64,000 nt of DNA from Lingula anatina (taxonomy: Eukaryota; Animalia; Brachiopoda), in NCBI GenBank assembly GCA_051362555.1, contig CM120643.1, positions 16,434,848 to 16,498,847 on the forward strand, in the 5' to 3' direction. The notes below the pieces were generated by a model, which was not told where the DNA came from, did not search any database, and saw only the letters and a list, made by a program, of their open reading frames with translations. Below are positions 39,082 through 54,600 of this stretch, in pieces. Each line of letters opens with the position of its first letter. Positions within the stretch are counted from its first letter, which is position 1. The position numbers were made by a program, and so were the translations under genes.

Positions 39082-41975
39082 ACACACTGTTAAGCGAATG
39101 ACAAAAAGAAATGTCGGAAAAAATTAAAAAGACAAAAGAAATACTCGATCTCCAAATAACTGACATGTTAATACAGTTTAGATACCACAATAAACAGTAT
39201 AAAAAGATCAAAAGCAGCGATGACCGCAGCAGCAGGGTGAAAAAAACTCATCTTAAGATTAGAAAGGTGGAAAGGTGGTAACAGGTGGTCATTTTGTTTT
39301 GCCCTTTTTCTTGAAAAGTTTCCAATATATAAGGAATAAAGATACTCATCAAATCTAGACATCTTGACTCAGAAAAGAAAGAAAAAATGGTAGCGTATGC
39401 GCTGAAGTCCTTAAAGTAGCCTCAACATAAACTTCACCTTCAGCGACAGAGGTAAGGTTTTGAGTGTGGCATTAATTGGACTTTCGAGCGCTATTAACAT
39501 GGGAAAAATCTTGTACATGTAAACTAATTCTTAAACATGGACAAACCCTGTTTCTTATCAACTCCAGGCCCCAGGACCTAGCCCCTCCAGACACGGAACA
39601 AAATAAAACGTCTCTTTCTGCGTTCATATACATGATTATTTCGTTAACAAGTCCCGTTACAAGCTTTCTAGTCTGCTGGCTACCACAGTAGAGTTGCATG
39701 TATATAGAAACGCATTCACAATATAGAATCCTTTAGATCGCTTTGAAACCGACCCAAGTGGCGTAGATTATGTCTTGATAATATTGATTGCTATCGTGTC
39801 GTTGAATACGTAGCTTGTCGTCCAAACAGTAACACGGAACTTTTCATAGGTGTTGTCAGTAAAAATCCTCATGTTACCGAGTTGATTGCAATAAGTCCAA
39901 TATTATGCTGTTATCAAAGTCACTAAAATTGGTTCAGATCGAAACCCGTGCAGTGTGAATGCGCCTTCATACGGCAATGCAGAGATGGTTTTCCGTGTTG
40001 TATCGCTTATCTACAGAGTCTCAGGGTGGTTGTGGGCATGCCGTGGCCAGTTACTGCATGGTTGCGGTCAAGGGTGTCCAGTTGGGTATGAAATTAATTG
40101 TTTTCTCCTTTCTGTACTGCGTCTGCTAAACGCTGAGTCACAGCAATTCTATCTGAATTTTTACACTTATCATTTATGTAAACAAAGCATAATTTTGGCC
40201 TGATATTCTACTAAAGAGAGGTGTTTAAGACGGCTGTTAGAATGACCAAAATTAGATTTTAAAATAAATAAATAAGTGAATAAATAAATCAAACCTAATT
40301 TGTCCATGTAAATTTTAATTTGTATTTGTGGATAACAAATTGATGAATATAAGAATGCTTGACCCTCTTTCTTGACATGTATAAAGCGATTTTCCAGATA
40401 TTCGAACAAGATTTCCGGAAAATGTAAGTTACACAACCAGCAAAATACGAGAAGAGCCCTTCTCTATCTATAAACTATGCGTTGTGCTTTCGGGGAAAGT
40501 GTTTGGTCACCTGTCTCTTGTCTCCACTGTACCTCTATTTATTGATAGAAAGACCACGATGCTTCCCTCCAACCCCCCTCCCCTCCCCGCTCCCTCACAA
40601 AATCAACTACCCGTTTCAGTGTTTGCACGGGCCACGGCAAAACCATTCAAAACGATTAGAGAATAACTCAGGGTAAAGCAGGGTGACAGAGAGAGGTGAT
40701 ATCACCTGTTATTTACTCTAACCACCTCGTAATTACAGTCTTTTCACTCGCCAATATTTTTATTGTTTCTGATAAGGGAGGACAAGAACGGAGGCGTGCT
40801 GGTCATGCTGGCGAGATGGCCACCTCTGATGAAGGTGATTGTGGGCCGTGGTCAGAGATATACTGCGATGGTTAACGGTCTGGTCATCAACTGGCTACTG
40901 GCCGTTACATCTCAGGGGGGCAGAGCCGCCTATTCTGTTCAGTCACGAGTTGGTGAAGTTGCCCTTTTCTGTTGGACCTTAAACCGTTATAAGTTACTTT
41001 TTAAAAATATGGTTGTACGCATGTGGTAAACAATTGCGTTTAATATCATGTTGGAGTGTTTTGCGTTTCTATTCATGGGAATTTTACTGCCAATTTGGAG
41101 TCTGTTTTCTTTCTTTTGTCACACGAAGGCGTAGATAGGAGAGCGGGTATTCAGTAAAACATATTATCTCTAAAAATGCCAGTTTCTTTCGTATGGGCCA
41201 GACTTTAGTCTGGGGAGGAAATCAAACGTTTCCTTCCGCATATGTCCCATCGTAGGCGATACAGATTCAAAAACCCAGGAAGAAAGGACAATATCAGGCT
41301 CCTCGGTACGGGAGCACCTGCCAATTTATAACCGGATTTGGTACTTGCTCATAACTTTCCATTTCTTCTCTTACTTTATTAATGAATGATAAAAAGCAAT
41401 ATCACCTCTAAACTAATCGTACCTCGTGGGTTTCGGCATAATGCATTTTCAAAGTGAGAAAGAAAGCTCAAAATAAAGAAAGTACAAAATAAACAAAAAA
41501 CGAAGGAAAAACTGGGGAGATGAGGAAGAAATAAACAAAGAAAGAAAAATGACAGAAATACTTTCTTGCTTAGGTCCCTATGCTCTGTCTCTTTCCCATC
41601 GCCAGCAACCGCATTATTATCTATGAGTAATATTTAGGTGGATACGGGCTAAATTACCGGGTATGACTACGTTAATCTCGATGTATTTTTTTATTGGCGA
41701 AAACCCGGCGCGTCTTATCCGAACTCCAAATCTGCGAGGTGGGTCGTTTAAGAATTTAGGAACGCAGATTGTGGAGGGTCTTTAAGTCTTACGGGTTAAC
41801 AGAGCGCGACTGAGCATAAACAGTTATGAACTGCTCCTTACAGTGAGTCTTATCATTTAAAGAAGAACAGCGTCCAACGTAAGACGTAGGGAACGAGCTG
41901 ACAAGTTATTGGACAAAGTTAACAGGGAGCTTAACAGGGACATTAGATCAACGTAAGGACTGGATCTGTCGTTAA

Positions 41976-42929
41976 ATGGAACCTTTACATGTCAAACCCT
42001 CCGGTATACTAGGCACTAGTTCAGGACTCGTTGACAACAAAGGATTAAATTCGTTTAATGTTGACAAAGGAACGACAGCGATCTGGAAAATGGCTGACAA
42101 TAGATCCAGTACTTCACCAACTCAATTCAGTGACAGTAGCCAAAAAGTCAAATCAGCATTTCACAGAGTTAGTGACAGGAAAATGAATGTTTTACAAGTT
42201 GTTACACAAGGCGAGACGATGAACAATAACGGCACAGAAAATTTGCTATCTGCAGTTCAGGCGCAAAATGACAGGAATTCAAATGATCAGAAACATTCGA
42301 CATCAGGTCTCAAGTTCGGAATAGATAGTATACTTGCCTCGCAAGCAAAAATAAAATCTGCAGCAGAAAAAGATATCAAAGGTAAGTTTCCATGAATTAA
42401 GCGACATAGTAAAGACAGCATGGTATATATTTGCTTAGTGAATAAGTTATATGCACAATAAAAGAATGCAAATGAATTTCTATAAAAAAATGCTTCATGT
42501 AGGACACCCTGGAAGAGATGCCACCAACATGATATTTCAAAGTTAAAGAGCCTCTAAATATATGTAAAATCGTAGGTATTAAATTTAAAACAAATGCTGT
42601 GACTGTCACCCAGAGGCGTGACGTGACCCCTTCTCTGTTATACAGTCTTAAATGTGTTTGTTATGTAGACAAGAGGTAAAAAAAAAACTGGGCACGATTT
42701 TATAATTGAAGTTTTAGATGGAAACTTTGTCTTCATTTGAAGGTCTAATTTCGATCTACTTCAATTCAGGAGTAGTAGTCTAAAATAAGTTTTTTTTGCC
42801 ATAGTATTGTATTTGATATATGATTTGATGTTCAGTATAGTTTTGTACGTATTTGATATAGTATTTTGTTAAATGAACGTTTTTTTTTAAACTGCATTTA
42901 GGAGGTGCATGTTTTCCCAAAATCCAACG

Positions 42930-42967
<38 letters not shown>

Positions 42968-43785
42968 AAGCAAAGCAGTTCATTTGAAAAGAATGAGTTT
43001 TTCATAGTGAGTTTTATATAGAATATATAGAAGACCGGTATATTTTGATTGAAAGGTCTTACATTTCGAGCAACCCTTTCGGTGTCTTTTTCAAATTAGT
43101 ATTTTACCATCATACGTTGGAACTGTTTCTATCAAAAATAAACTCTTTGCTATTCATATGTGTCACTTTCACTAATGCTGGAAATATTTTCAAACGTGCA
43201 CGATATGGTATGATTTGGAAGCTATGGAATTAATTGTGAAACATTTTAAAGTGGTATGGAAATTACTCAAATTACTCAAAGTAAAGTCTTTGTCATCCAA
43301 GCATTAGAATAAGAATGCTTTTTTTTTTTTTTTTTGGTCGTTTGATTTTTTCTCAGTCCACTACATTTAAATGTTGATTTGTACCCTTTCTTAGACTACG
43401 AAACAAGTTACTACATTTTAGTGTCTTGGAAATATATAGCTACAGATATGTGTTCTCGCCAGTTGGTTTGAGATTCAAAATTCGTCGATTTTAAGGGTTT
43501 TGTCACAAATGTCTTAAATTGAGTGGAGAAAGGCTGGAAATCTGCAGCTGACCTTGCGGAAAATTCTGTAAATGGCTTAGATCTCTATGTTAACAAGACA
43601 AACGTCAAAATAACAGCTTCATTTTCAATTTGTAAAATTCCCTAGGAGCGCCTGTACTCTCTTTCTGTGCTTATATTTTCTTTGTACTTTGCTATGTCTA
43701 AATACATGTGCGTATCTCAAATTCAGAATTACGCCTGTGGTTCTAAATTATAATTACTTTTTTAATGTTGTAATTAAAAAAAAAA

Positions 43786-43821
<36 letters not shown>

Positions 43822-46800
43822 CATTCATCGGCTTGACAGGAAGTCCCGGTGGTGATCTTCGGTCCAATACATTCACTGCCTCTGCTCTGATATTCTCGAC
43901 TGTTATGGTGGCCCATTTTACAGTACATGCATTCTTAAAATGCTAGTTTAAATAATTAACCTATCACATTAAATACACAAACGGGTCCAGAACTAATAGG
44001 TTGTTAGGTTGTGGAAAAATGGAAGAAAAGTGTCGTTCGAATGACACAGTGCTCCTGCTTTTCGCACTCTGCAATGCTTTTGCCGTAGCAGTGTACATGT
44101 ATGATATATGTTTTATTATTATTATTTGTTTGTTTGTCTGTTTTCAATATCCCACACTCACTTGTGTTGATTTATCTGTAGAAAGGAGTGCCATACTGTG
44201 ATATAGATACTTTTTGAATAAGAGAAATGCATATATGCATGGTTTCAATTTTTTTGTTACACAATATTCGTAATTGGTTTAGAAAAGCACTAGAAGCAAT
44301 ATTCGCAAAAAAGTTTGTTGTGCAAAAATAATAAAATTCAACATTTCTTCAAAATCCCTTTTCTTTAATATTGATTTAGAAACTGAGAGCAAAAATCAAG
44401 ATAGAATAATGATTCAACCCACCTTGCTTTGCAGACCTCGAAGAAATCCGAAGAGCAAACGACCTCGAGCGTTTCGCCTCACAGGGCAGCACCAGCCGCG
44501 TAGCGGCATCCACAACGCCGACGACAACGTCACCCCTCGCTGGCATCACCCCTCCGTCTCCCTCCAGCCCTATGCTGCCCCTCTCCTCCGCCGCGGCCGC
44601 CGAGTCCCCCAGCCTTTTCTCTTCGCTGTATAACTACTGGAGTATGTTCCCGTATATTGGTGCCGGGGATGCTTTCTCTGCGCTGGTTCACCAGAGAGAG
44701 GCGATGCTTAGGTTTTCAACAGGTAAGGCTTGGAAATACTGTAGATGTTGTGTTTCTGACATTATTTTAGGTCTCAAAATTCGTAGAGGTTGTGTTGGCC
44801 ACGTTATTAATATTAGATACGCCTTATAAAATCAAGGTAATAAGAGCTTTTAATGCGCACATCGCACGTTACTAGTTAGAGTTGACAGCGGAAAACGTAT
44901 AGATACACCTCTTGTCAGTAAAAAACTCAACGCCAAGTAGTTTAAACAATTTATATTATTCTATTATTATTATTCTTAATATAAAAAAGTAAGGCGAAAA
45001 CTAGCAGCACTAAATGGGGGTTATGATACTTTGTTTTGCTATTCAACTAGTTATAAATTTCTAAATATCGCTCTTTTAAGATAATAATAATAAAAATAAT
45101 AATAATAATAATGCAAGTAACTTTTTACGTGTACGTGTTAATAAAAAATACTTAGGGTTTACCTTTTTAAACAAACATTAACTTCAAACAAAAAACACAG
45201 TAATATATTTTTCATATATGTCATAAGAATTAACAACTCATGTGTTTTAAATGATCATACATGTAAGTAACGTAAATAAAATGTTGATACTAATTGATTT
45301 TGTAAAAATATAAAATATTACAATTTATGATACAACTATGAGGGGTAGTTATCCTCAGAAATCAGAAGTATTTATCAATCATGGATGAAATCTTAACCTG
45401 TCTAATCTTCTACTAACGTATTAAACATTGCTCGGTTCATGCGTCTCAAAAACCGCCAAAAGTTAAAAAAATTAAATCACCTTTTTTCACAAAATCACTA
45501 AAAAAGCAAGCAAAAGGATTTATTTTCTACAGCACCTTAAGCGTGCAGGCCTTACAACTGATGACCTTGTAACTTATTACCAGACGGTCATAAGGCCAAT
45601 TTTGGAATATGCTGCCCCTGTCTGGCACTTTGGGTTAACGAATGAATTGACTGCCCTAGTAGAAAAGTCTCAAGAAAGAGTTCTTAAGATAATTTATCCT
45701 GATCTTGAACATGACGCTGTTTGTGAACATAGTAAACTTGAACTACTGAGTGAAAGACGGCTCAATGCATGCAAAAAAATTGTTTATTAGTATATCAAAT
45801 TAATCGGATCATAGGCTGCATTATCTTTTACAACCAAAACAAAATGTCAAATATTCATTAAGGGAACAGGAAGCATTCAAAAGACCTAAAATTAAAACCA
45901 AACGATCAATGAGTGACTTTTTAACAAGTGCCATATATAAGTTTCAGAATTAACTGATAGACTTTTATTTCTTTTTTTAACCTTGCATTTTAGATATTTT
46001 ATTTTTTAATTTGTTTACATATGTCTTTTAATATTCCTTTATTCTTACTTACTAATGGTTTTATTCAACTATGATGCAATGATTGTAATAATCCAACCCT
46101 CGGGTTGCAAGTTTGGTAATAATACAGTAAACGTTTCACCCTTCTTTCTTGCCTTGAGGTATATTCTCATTAAACTTGGGATGCTGTAGATTTATTTAGA
46201 ATTAGAATTAGCACGTCTAGAATTTTTTAATCTTCTAGCTTTATTTTTATTCAGTTGTTTGTATGTTTTTTAAACAACAAACATATATCGACCTATATAC
46301 CTTAAATATACAATATCGATAAGTCTGGCCTTCGTAAAGCTTTTCACTTTTGCACTTATGTTAAAAAGGAAAGGATTTTTGCATAAATCGGTAAGTGGAG
46401 ACTGATTGAGTTTGACAATTTCAAAATTCTAGAAAATGAACACCTAAATTATGTTAAACTTCACAATTGTGTTAAGTCTGATCCCGAAGTCAATAAGTGC
46501 TGGGAAAATTAAAATTTATATATCAGGTGGACGAAGAAAACGATTACAAAAAGAAATTGAGAGTAGTATACGCGCGCGCGCTCGTGTGTAAAAAAGCAAT
46601 TTAATTTCTGGGGAAACTACGATACTCTTCTTTCCCGTTTTTTGCATCTTTCTGACTTGTCCTTTTTGATTTGTGCGTTAAGCGCGCCAGGGTTGTCACG
46701 GGCATTGTTGAGACGAAAAGTGTTTTCCCTGAGGAATTTTTTTCTTTTAGTATAACGTGAAATTTTATTAAATAATAATTGAAGATTTTGAGTTATGAAA

Positions 46801-49800
46801 GTCTAAATACCCGCAAAATGGGTGAAATTCTAAAATATTTCAAAATTCTGCAGATAAGAATAACTATAAGAATTATTCTATCGTGATAAAACTGGACAAA
46901 TCAAATGTTTTATTATTTTTCCTAAAAAAGACTTTTTCTTGTAAGTTCCAATCGAGAAATGGTCCACTTTGCTCAGATTTCATCAAATTAAGCATTTTCC
47001 TCTCTCATGTTTGCTTGGCTGAGTTTGCAGGAATTGTAATCCATTCATGAATAAAACTTCCAATTATAAATAGTACTCGTTTATCAAAAACAGCGTTTTT
47101 TAATAATTGAATGTATAGAATTTATTAATCAGTTTCTATTGCTATGTAGAAGGTCATCATTCGCTTAGATGACAGTATTCCATTGTCCATTTAAAATCTT
47201 TGGTTTTTTGTTTATTTTTTTACTTTTTTTATTTTTTTATTTTTTTATTTTTTTTTTTGTGTGTGTGTGTGTGTGGCGAAAATATCCTTTTGTGATGAAA
47301 TTAATGATTATGGAAATTATTTTATTTATGGCCAAGAAATTAAAGCTGAAAAAAGTCTAAAAGAGAATTGATAAAACTAAGGAACAGATTCTTTTAATTT
47401 CATGCCAAGTCGAAATTGTTTGATCAGATTATAAACAGTTCAGTTTTGATGAAATGAGTTTTTTGTTTTATTTTTTATTGATGACAATTAACAATGAATG
47501 GAGCGCTTTTATAATCTTCAAAGAAGGGAAATACGAGTAGGATTTCAGTCCCATAAAAATATGGGGTAAATTTTCACGACTTGTGCATTCCTCGTTGTGC
47601 TTTTCTATTCATTACCTATTTTTCATATTCAATTTATCATTTATTTCTTGTCTTGTTGTTTATTGATCCTGATTTTGTATTTTAAAGAGAGTATATTTAT
47701 AACAATTCACCAGACCTTCACCGCAGTGTTGTCTATATAGTGTTACCCACAGGAAGTAGACAGGGGCGTTTTTTGTGGTGGTGGGGAGCGGGAGGGGATT
47801 AAAAACCTGGATCCTTTAGTATCGTTTGATACATGCGCCAAATCAGAGACAGTGGACTTTTCCACCCCCATAGTTGATCCAACTTAGCAAGTGGCATAGA
47901 ACCTAGATCAACTTTTGATTCAAAGGAGACTTTTCCTACCAAAAGGGCGGTTCTCTCAAACCGCCCGAACTCTCCCTGTCTGCAGGTCTGGAAATACTCT
48001 TTAAAAATTAATTTTGCAACTTTTGCAACAATGGCCACTGTTTTCAGGGTATTTACATACCGTCAGCCCATCTGCCACGCAGTGGAGGGGACGGGGAGGA
48101 GGGGGGGCTAGGCAGACATGTTAACTGTTTAGTCAAATATCAGAGGTTGAGATCTCCCTTGTTAGCGGTGACACGCTTGCGTGCAGAGAACGCTTATTGG
48201 GGCGATGAAGATCTCTCAAAATGCAAAATTCATTTGCTGAGGAAAGTTGGCCGTAAACCGTCAATTATGACGACAGATTACGAGTGTTTACAACGCCATT
48301 ACCGTAATTTGCCTAACTCAGTCGTAATCCGGACAATCTCTTGTGCAGCTATCTCTTGCGGTTTGGCCATTTTGCATATGTCAAACTGGAAGGTGTCGTG
48401 AGAAAATGAGACCCTCTCGATCAGGAAACGGCACGTCCTGTCTCCGGTGAACCAAACATTTGCCAACCATTGATTAATCTCGCGTGACATTGCGTGACGG
48501 CCGCCATAAAAACTCTACTTTTTCCAACCCGACTTGCTGTAGACGATTTTGTGGTACCTTAGACATTCTCCAAGTGTTATCACAGCTTTGGGTTTGTTTC
48601 ACAAAAGTGTAAGTTTGTCCAGAGACTTTTTTTTTATGTCACCATTAAATATCCCATCCTGCAGCAAATTATAATAGGTTTTCTGTTAGCTGTTTAATAT
48701 TTCAAGTTAAGCTATTTTTTCCCGCTGCTTTGCGTATTCATAGCCATGCTAAATTCACAAAAGACATGTTATCATTTTTGGGTGTACGAAGTTCAAAAAG
48801 GTTAACATAAATTTTGCAATGGCGGTGCGTAAAAGAGCTGTTTGATTATTTTTTTCTTCGAATCGTCATCACTTCATAACATTTCACAAATGTCGCCATC
48901 AATAGAAATGTCCAAGATATGCTCCATGAGCAGTGTATATGATCTTGAATCAGTCGGGTACATATTATTACGCAGACAACCTCTGTTGCATAACGAATAC
49001 ATGCATGAGCATAGTTTCTGACAAAGCCTTGACTTACATGACACGCCGCACGCAGAGCTATCAAAAAAAAAAAGACAGAGTAAATATCGATATAAATCTG
49101 CTAAATTACTTCCAAGAAGTATTCCTTACAAAAAATGAGAAACAAGAAAACGTGGCAGACCCGCTGCGCAGATGCTGTAAGACATATGCATAAGTCGTAA
49201 GCCTTAAGCATAGGCGTTAGTGGGGGGGGGGGGAGGTAAGGAAATCCCACACCTCTCCACAACACACACACACACACACACACATTTTTTCCACCACACT
49301 AATTATAATCCAAGGAGCATAAGGGTTTAAAGGCAATCTCTGCCGTCATAATTTCTTTTCCGACTAGACTAGTTACATGTACTACCCACAATAAGCACTT
49401 GAAATTTGCTTCCAACGTGCCTTGATATACATAATATATAGAATAAGATGATGCAGACCGTGCAAACTCAAGTGACAGAAAGCTATGTAAAGATGAGATC
49501 GTCATTTGTGATGGTTAACGGACGGTCAAATAATCGCATTGGCAATCGACCAAATTGTGTTTTGCTTCGGTCATGCTCAAGGCACGAGGAGCGTCTCTTT
49601 TGCTCTCTCCAACATTTAGAGTTGAGCTCCACCTTCCATGGTGTGAACCTTATCTTTTGCTATCTTAAAACAGGTACTTTCTGTCCAAAAGAACAAGATC
49701 AATTCGAAAATGAGAATAAATAAATAAATAAATAAATAAATAAAATGTACATATAGTAAAAATAAATACATAAAAGAGATAAATAGATTCAAAATCGAAA

Positions 49801-50666
49801 ATGCGGTTTCTTATTTAACGAACAAAAATACCTTACAAAGGGTTCAATGGTATAAATCTTAATGTTACAATACTTGTGAAAAATTGGACTGAACTTGCGT
49901 GCACAACTTCGTAAATTAAGTAGTTTCTCTTGGAGCTCTTTATCTCCTGTTCATCATTAATAAGGAAATATTGTGGTATTTCACACTTGATTATTTCTCT
50001 CATCTTAAAACTCATAACGACGGTCCTGTTCATTCACTGACTAATATAACGAGAAAGTGTAGGAAAATAAGTAGATTGGATACCAGATATGCTTCCGATA
50101 GTTTTCTATTTTTAATCGTGGAAGACTTTTGCGTTTCACCGCCCACACCCAAACTGCGGTATCACACGGGTTTAATGTGTTTAAACTAGCAGTGGGATAG
50201 TGCAGAGGTGTAAGACATTTCTTTTTACATCGACGATACTGTTTCAGTAAGACCAGTATTGGTCAGATAAAACCGCAAATATGACTCGTTTTACTTATAA
50301 ACTACATTATCTTACTATTGATAATGAAGTTAAGCCTATCTCTTCATTCTTCCTTTCAAATAATATTTAACCCTCCCCCGTTCTATTTCACAAAAGCCAT
50401 CGAAGGTTTATTTCTTTTTTTCAAATTAATTCACCTATTACACCACTTATGAATTCTTTTAAACAACTTCTATGACAAAAGCAATATACTCTCTGAGAAT
50501 AGACTTCTTTATCGCGACGTTAATAACACCCCCTCCCCTCCAACTGGGGAGCTGGTCTGGTTCAAGGCTTTCTGCTTTGGTACGCACACATTTTAAAGAC
50601 TGAATACACTTCTGTCCATGTCAAGGGAAACTGCTGCACATATGGTTAGTGCTCTCGAAATGTTGA

Positions 50667-50697
<31 letters not shown>

Positions 50698-51596
50698 ATA
50701 CAACAGCTGTATTCGGACAGCTATAATATGTGGTGTATGTTTGTAGCAGGCACTAATGCTGTATATTGAAATTCTGTATTTTCGCTCAACTATAGAAGTT
50801 TTTTTTTTTTTTTTTTTTGACACCATTTAATAATACCATATGGATATTTACTGCACTTATAAAGTACATGGATAATGTTTTTTAACGAAAACGTGTTTAT
50901 TTATTTATTTATTTTATTTTATTTATTTATTTATTTTTTTTTTTTTTTGGTTGAGGGATTTCTTTTTATAATTAAAGACTGGTTGTCACTTAATTGAAAA
51001 AAGAGCGCAAATTTAACGTGCGCATTGTATTGTAGTCAGGCCATAAGATGTCGTGGCAAAAAAGATTCGCGTAGTCTTAGCAAATACGCCCTGATTTGAA
51101 CAGTTGTCGGTTACAACTCCCGCAAAAAATGATAATAGGTATAAAAAGACAATAACAAGTCCCGGTGTCTCATGCTTAAACTACTTTGCCATGATAACCA
51201 GCCAGACGTGGTTCTCCTCAAGGGGAAACCTCGCCCGGAGATGCTAACCAGGGAATAACAAATGACCTGCCACTTTAAGTGAAGACAGTGGTCGGTTTGG
51301 GTGATTTCTGCTAGTCATGCTTAGTAGTATTGTTGTATATTTTCTCTGTTGTCTCATGTAAGTCCATTTTTACTTCACTTTGTCTACAACTGACTCTTGA
51401 TTTTAGCCCCCACGCGTACGATAAATACTGACTATGATATACTTTTAGTTTTTTCATGACTTAACCGTTGATACGTATAGATATCACATAAGTAAGATAC
51501 AATTCACATTTTTGTGATTGTATCATCTTGAACAGAGGATTAACAACTGTAGTTGATCAAAAGAAAAAGGTCACGCCTGCCTCGCTATTTAAGCGT

Positions 51597-51637
<41 letters not shown>

Positions 51638-54600
51638 GTCTTGGATTCCACCACGCATTCCATTTGGTCATGTTAAGAGTCAACAGAGAGACCACCTCAA
51701 ACAAGTCAAAGATTACATTAGTTCTACTGCAAGTATTAGGATGCAAATAATTAAAAAAGTAAATGAAATTGAAAAAAATTAAATTGTTTAGCAAACAATA
51801 AAAAACAGAAAATATGCAACAGTCAGTGAGCAAGATCATAATCACATAATATATGGGTGTCCTTGTCCTGGGTTTTAGATGCAATAAATTTGGCGTCCAA
51901 AATTCGCGTCAAAAAAATCATCTCGACAGTGTAAAGGAACCGGAACGGTACTTGTTTGAGAAATTCGAGACAGGCGCCAAAATTATTCCATCACAATAAA
52001 TTAATAATTCTAAGCTTACAGGCCTTCACTGTTTGGTTTCTGAATATGACTGTAAATATGCAACCAACAGGTTATCGTGGTTATCTAATCCTGATGTGTT
52101 AATATTTGGTTACTAAATATAAGAATTGGTTAATACCAGTCTTCCGTCTACCAGGAACTTAATTAAACCAACGATATTAAATATATACATTGCGTTCCCA
52201 TCATATCATAACAAAACGCGGATCTCATTTACTGAGATAAGAAAAACAACAAGAATACCATGAAGAGACGAGAAAAAGTCAAATTTAATCGGAAATTTAT
52301 ACAGATTATAATTAATTTTAGTCTACTTTTTTACCCATTGCATGTCTTAAAATTATGTAGCACCTTTTGCAATTTTGATGACATAGAGTACAAAGTATAT
52401 AAATATTTTGCAATGAAGAAAAATTAAGTATACCTTTAAAAATAATTAGCCTTGAGCAATAGGCTCTCACCAAACTAAATCAAGAGCAATGGAAGACAAG
52501 AAAACGATCATTTGAGCGTTTATAAATACTGACTCATGAAAAAAAAAGTTGTAGCTAATGGTTAGCCAATGAGGCAGACAGGCTGTCACATTGATGATGT
52601 AGTCCCCTTTCCCCATCTCTCTCTCTCTGACAAAGGTTAACGAATTAAGCTAAGCGCAATATAATAGACCCACTAACAACGGTTAACGCCCCGTTTTATC
52701 TGTTGTCACACATTTTGGGTACACGAGGAACGGACTGTTGTCTGTTGTCACGCAAACGCATGATACCAGTGGCCACATTCACACTAGTATTAGACATATC
52801 GATCTTAGTGACGTTAGGTCCAGTACAGTGGAAAATAACCAGACAATGTTAGGCAACCTAAACCCCAAGAAAACACATGCTCCATTCAAGCCAATCTGGC
52901 GGTCTGTCGCAAACCCTTTAAACCACTGTCCTGGGGCCAAAACCAAGCGCCTGAAAACGTGCAGAAAAACATCATTGCATTTATAAAAGGGACCGCCTTT
53001 TTTTTCAAAAATAAATAAATAAAATTTATAGAATTTTAAAAATTGGTGAAAAGTTTGAGGAAGGTCGTTGGAAATCCGTGAAAGGGCTTTTGGCGTTACT
53101 AAACCCGAGTCAAGAGTAACTGCGCTTACAGCTCTAAACACTGGTCGCTAGATCTGGTCCAGATATTTAAGATACGTCTCCGTTTTTGTTAGTTTCACCT
53201 GTTTAAGATTTGACCATTAACAGTCATTTTGACGGTGGTCAGCCTTCTCTGCCCATCAATCATATCATTAACCGGTCAGCGAACCGGTTATAATGTGTAC
53301 TGCTAGTCCAAGAGGGTTGTCGACGGCGTTATCGAGATGAAAACATTTCAATTACAGAGGCACCATATACAAGCTGATTGTATCTATTTTATTTATCCCG
53401 GTCTGTAAGTTCCCCGGGCATCTAACGTAGTGGTTGTTTACCAAGATATTATAATCGCACAGGCTTGCAATGCGATTATAATATCTTATAATTTTGTCCT
53501 CATTTTGAGAGACAGCGCTTGGGGTTTTCGTTAATTCGGTTAATTGCGGAACGACCTGAAATGGCCGTTTTAATTTCCTGCTCTTTAAATTTATTCAACC
53601 GTTTTTTTTATATATATCTATTGATATTTTTGAATAAAGAAAATTCTGGGCACTCAGACAAAATAATGTTGTTCACCAAATAATTGATAAAGAGGCATTT
53701 AAGATAAAACAGACAAATCAGCGATACGTTATTTAGACAAACAAAATCTGGAAAAAATCTCAAAACTTATGAAATATAGCTTTGTTTAAACTTGTCATGA
53801 TATACGTTTAAAAATACGCTATTTGACGAAAAAAAGAAAAGAAAGACGATATTCTACAATCTTTTTTTCTCACAGCTAAATTTACCATGATCTATTCAAA
53901 TTCCAGTTTCAGACATTACAAAGCAAACGGCCCTCCCACCCTCAGTGACGGCGTCCATGATGGATTACTACAGTCAACTGCAGGCGGCGCCACTGAGGAG
54001 CAAGAGGCTCTGGAAGCGCACCGTGTATACGCCGGAGCAGAAGCGCTACCTGGAGTCACAGTTCCAAGCTCAGAAATTCGTGGATGTTTTTGAGAGACGG
54101 CGACTGGCGTTTGTTCTGGGACTCACCGATGAAAATGTACGTTAATTGAGATTAAATAAGATGATATTATTATTCATTTTTCTCCGTGTGTGATACCTTC
54201 GCCTTCTCAATGTTAATTTATTAAGCCCGATGTTTCCAATATAATCTGGCTTTATTACCGTCAACCAGAGCCAAAGATTGATTTTTTCGCTAGCTAGATC
54301 TAATGCTTTGTACTTTTCTTTACTGTGAAACTTTTTGCATAGAATTTATGTCACCACTCAACAGGCCTCTAGAAAAGAGAATGGCTAACTACTAGTATGT
54401 TGTAAAAAACCTACACGATTTTCAACTTCTTTCAACATTCAAATTGGGTTCTAAATAAAACACTCAAAACCTTCATCAGCCAATAAATCAACTATGTTAT
54501 TGTCATTTTTAGGTTAAAGTATGGTTCCAAAACCGTCGCAAACGTTGGCGCCGGGCCCTGATGCAGGGAGACGGATCACTGAAAACCCTTGACAGTCTTG

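Noticed and set aside
32331-41029. Short ORFs in the CTDP1-homeobox intergenic region
   Set aside because: No recognisable domains or splice-consistent chains; one (34498-34812) simply crosses the MITE.
46570-46590. Short (CG)n/(TG)n alternating tract, possible Z-DNA
   Set aside because: Too short to distinguish from an ordinary microsatellite.
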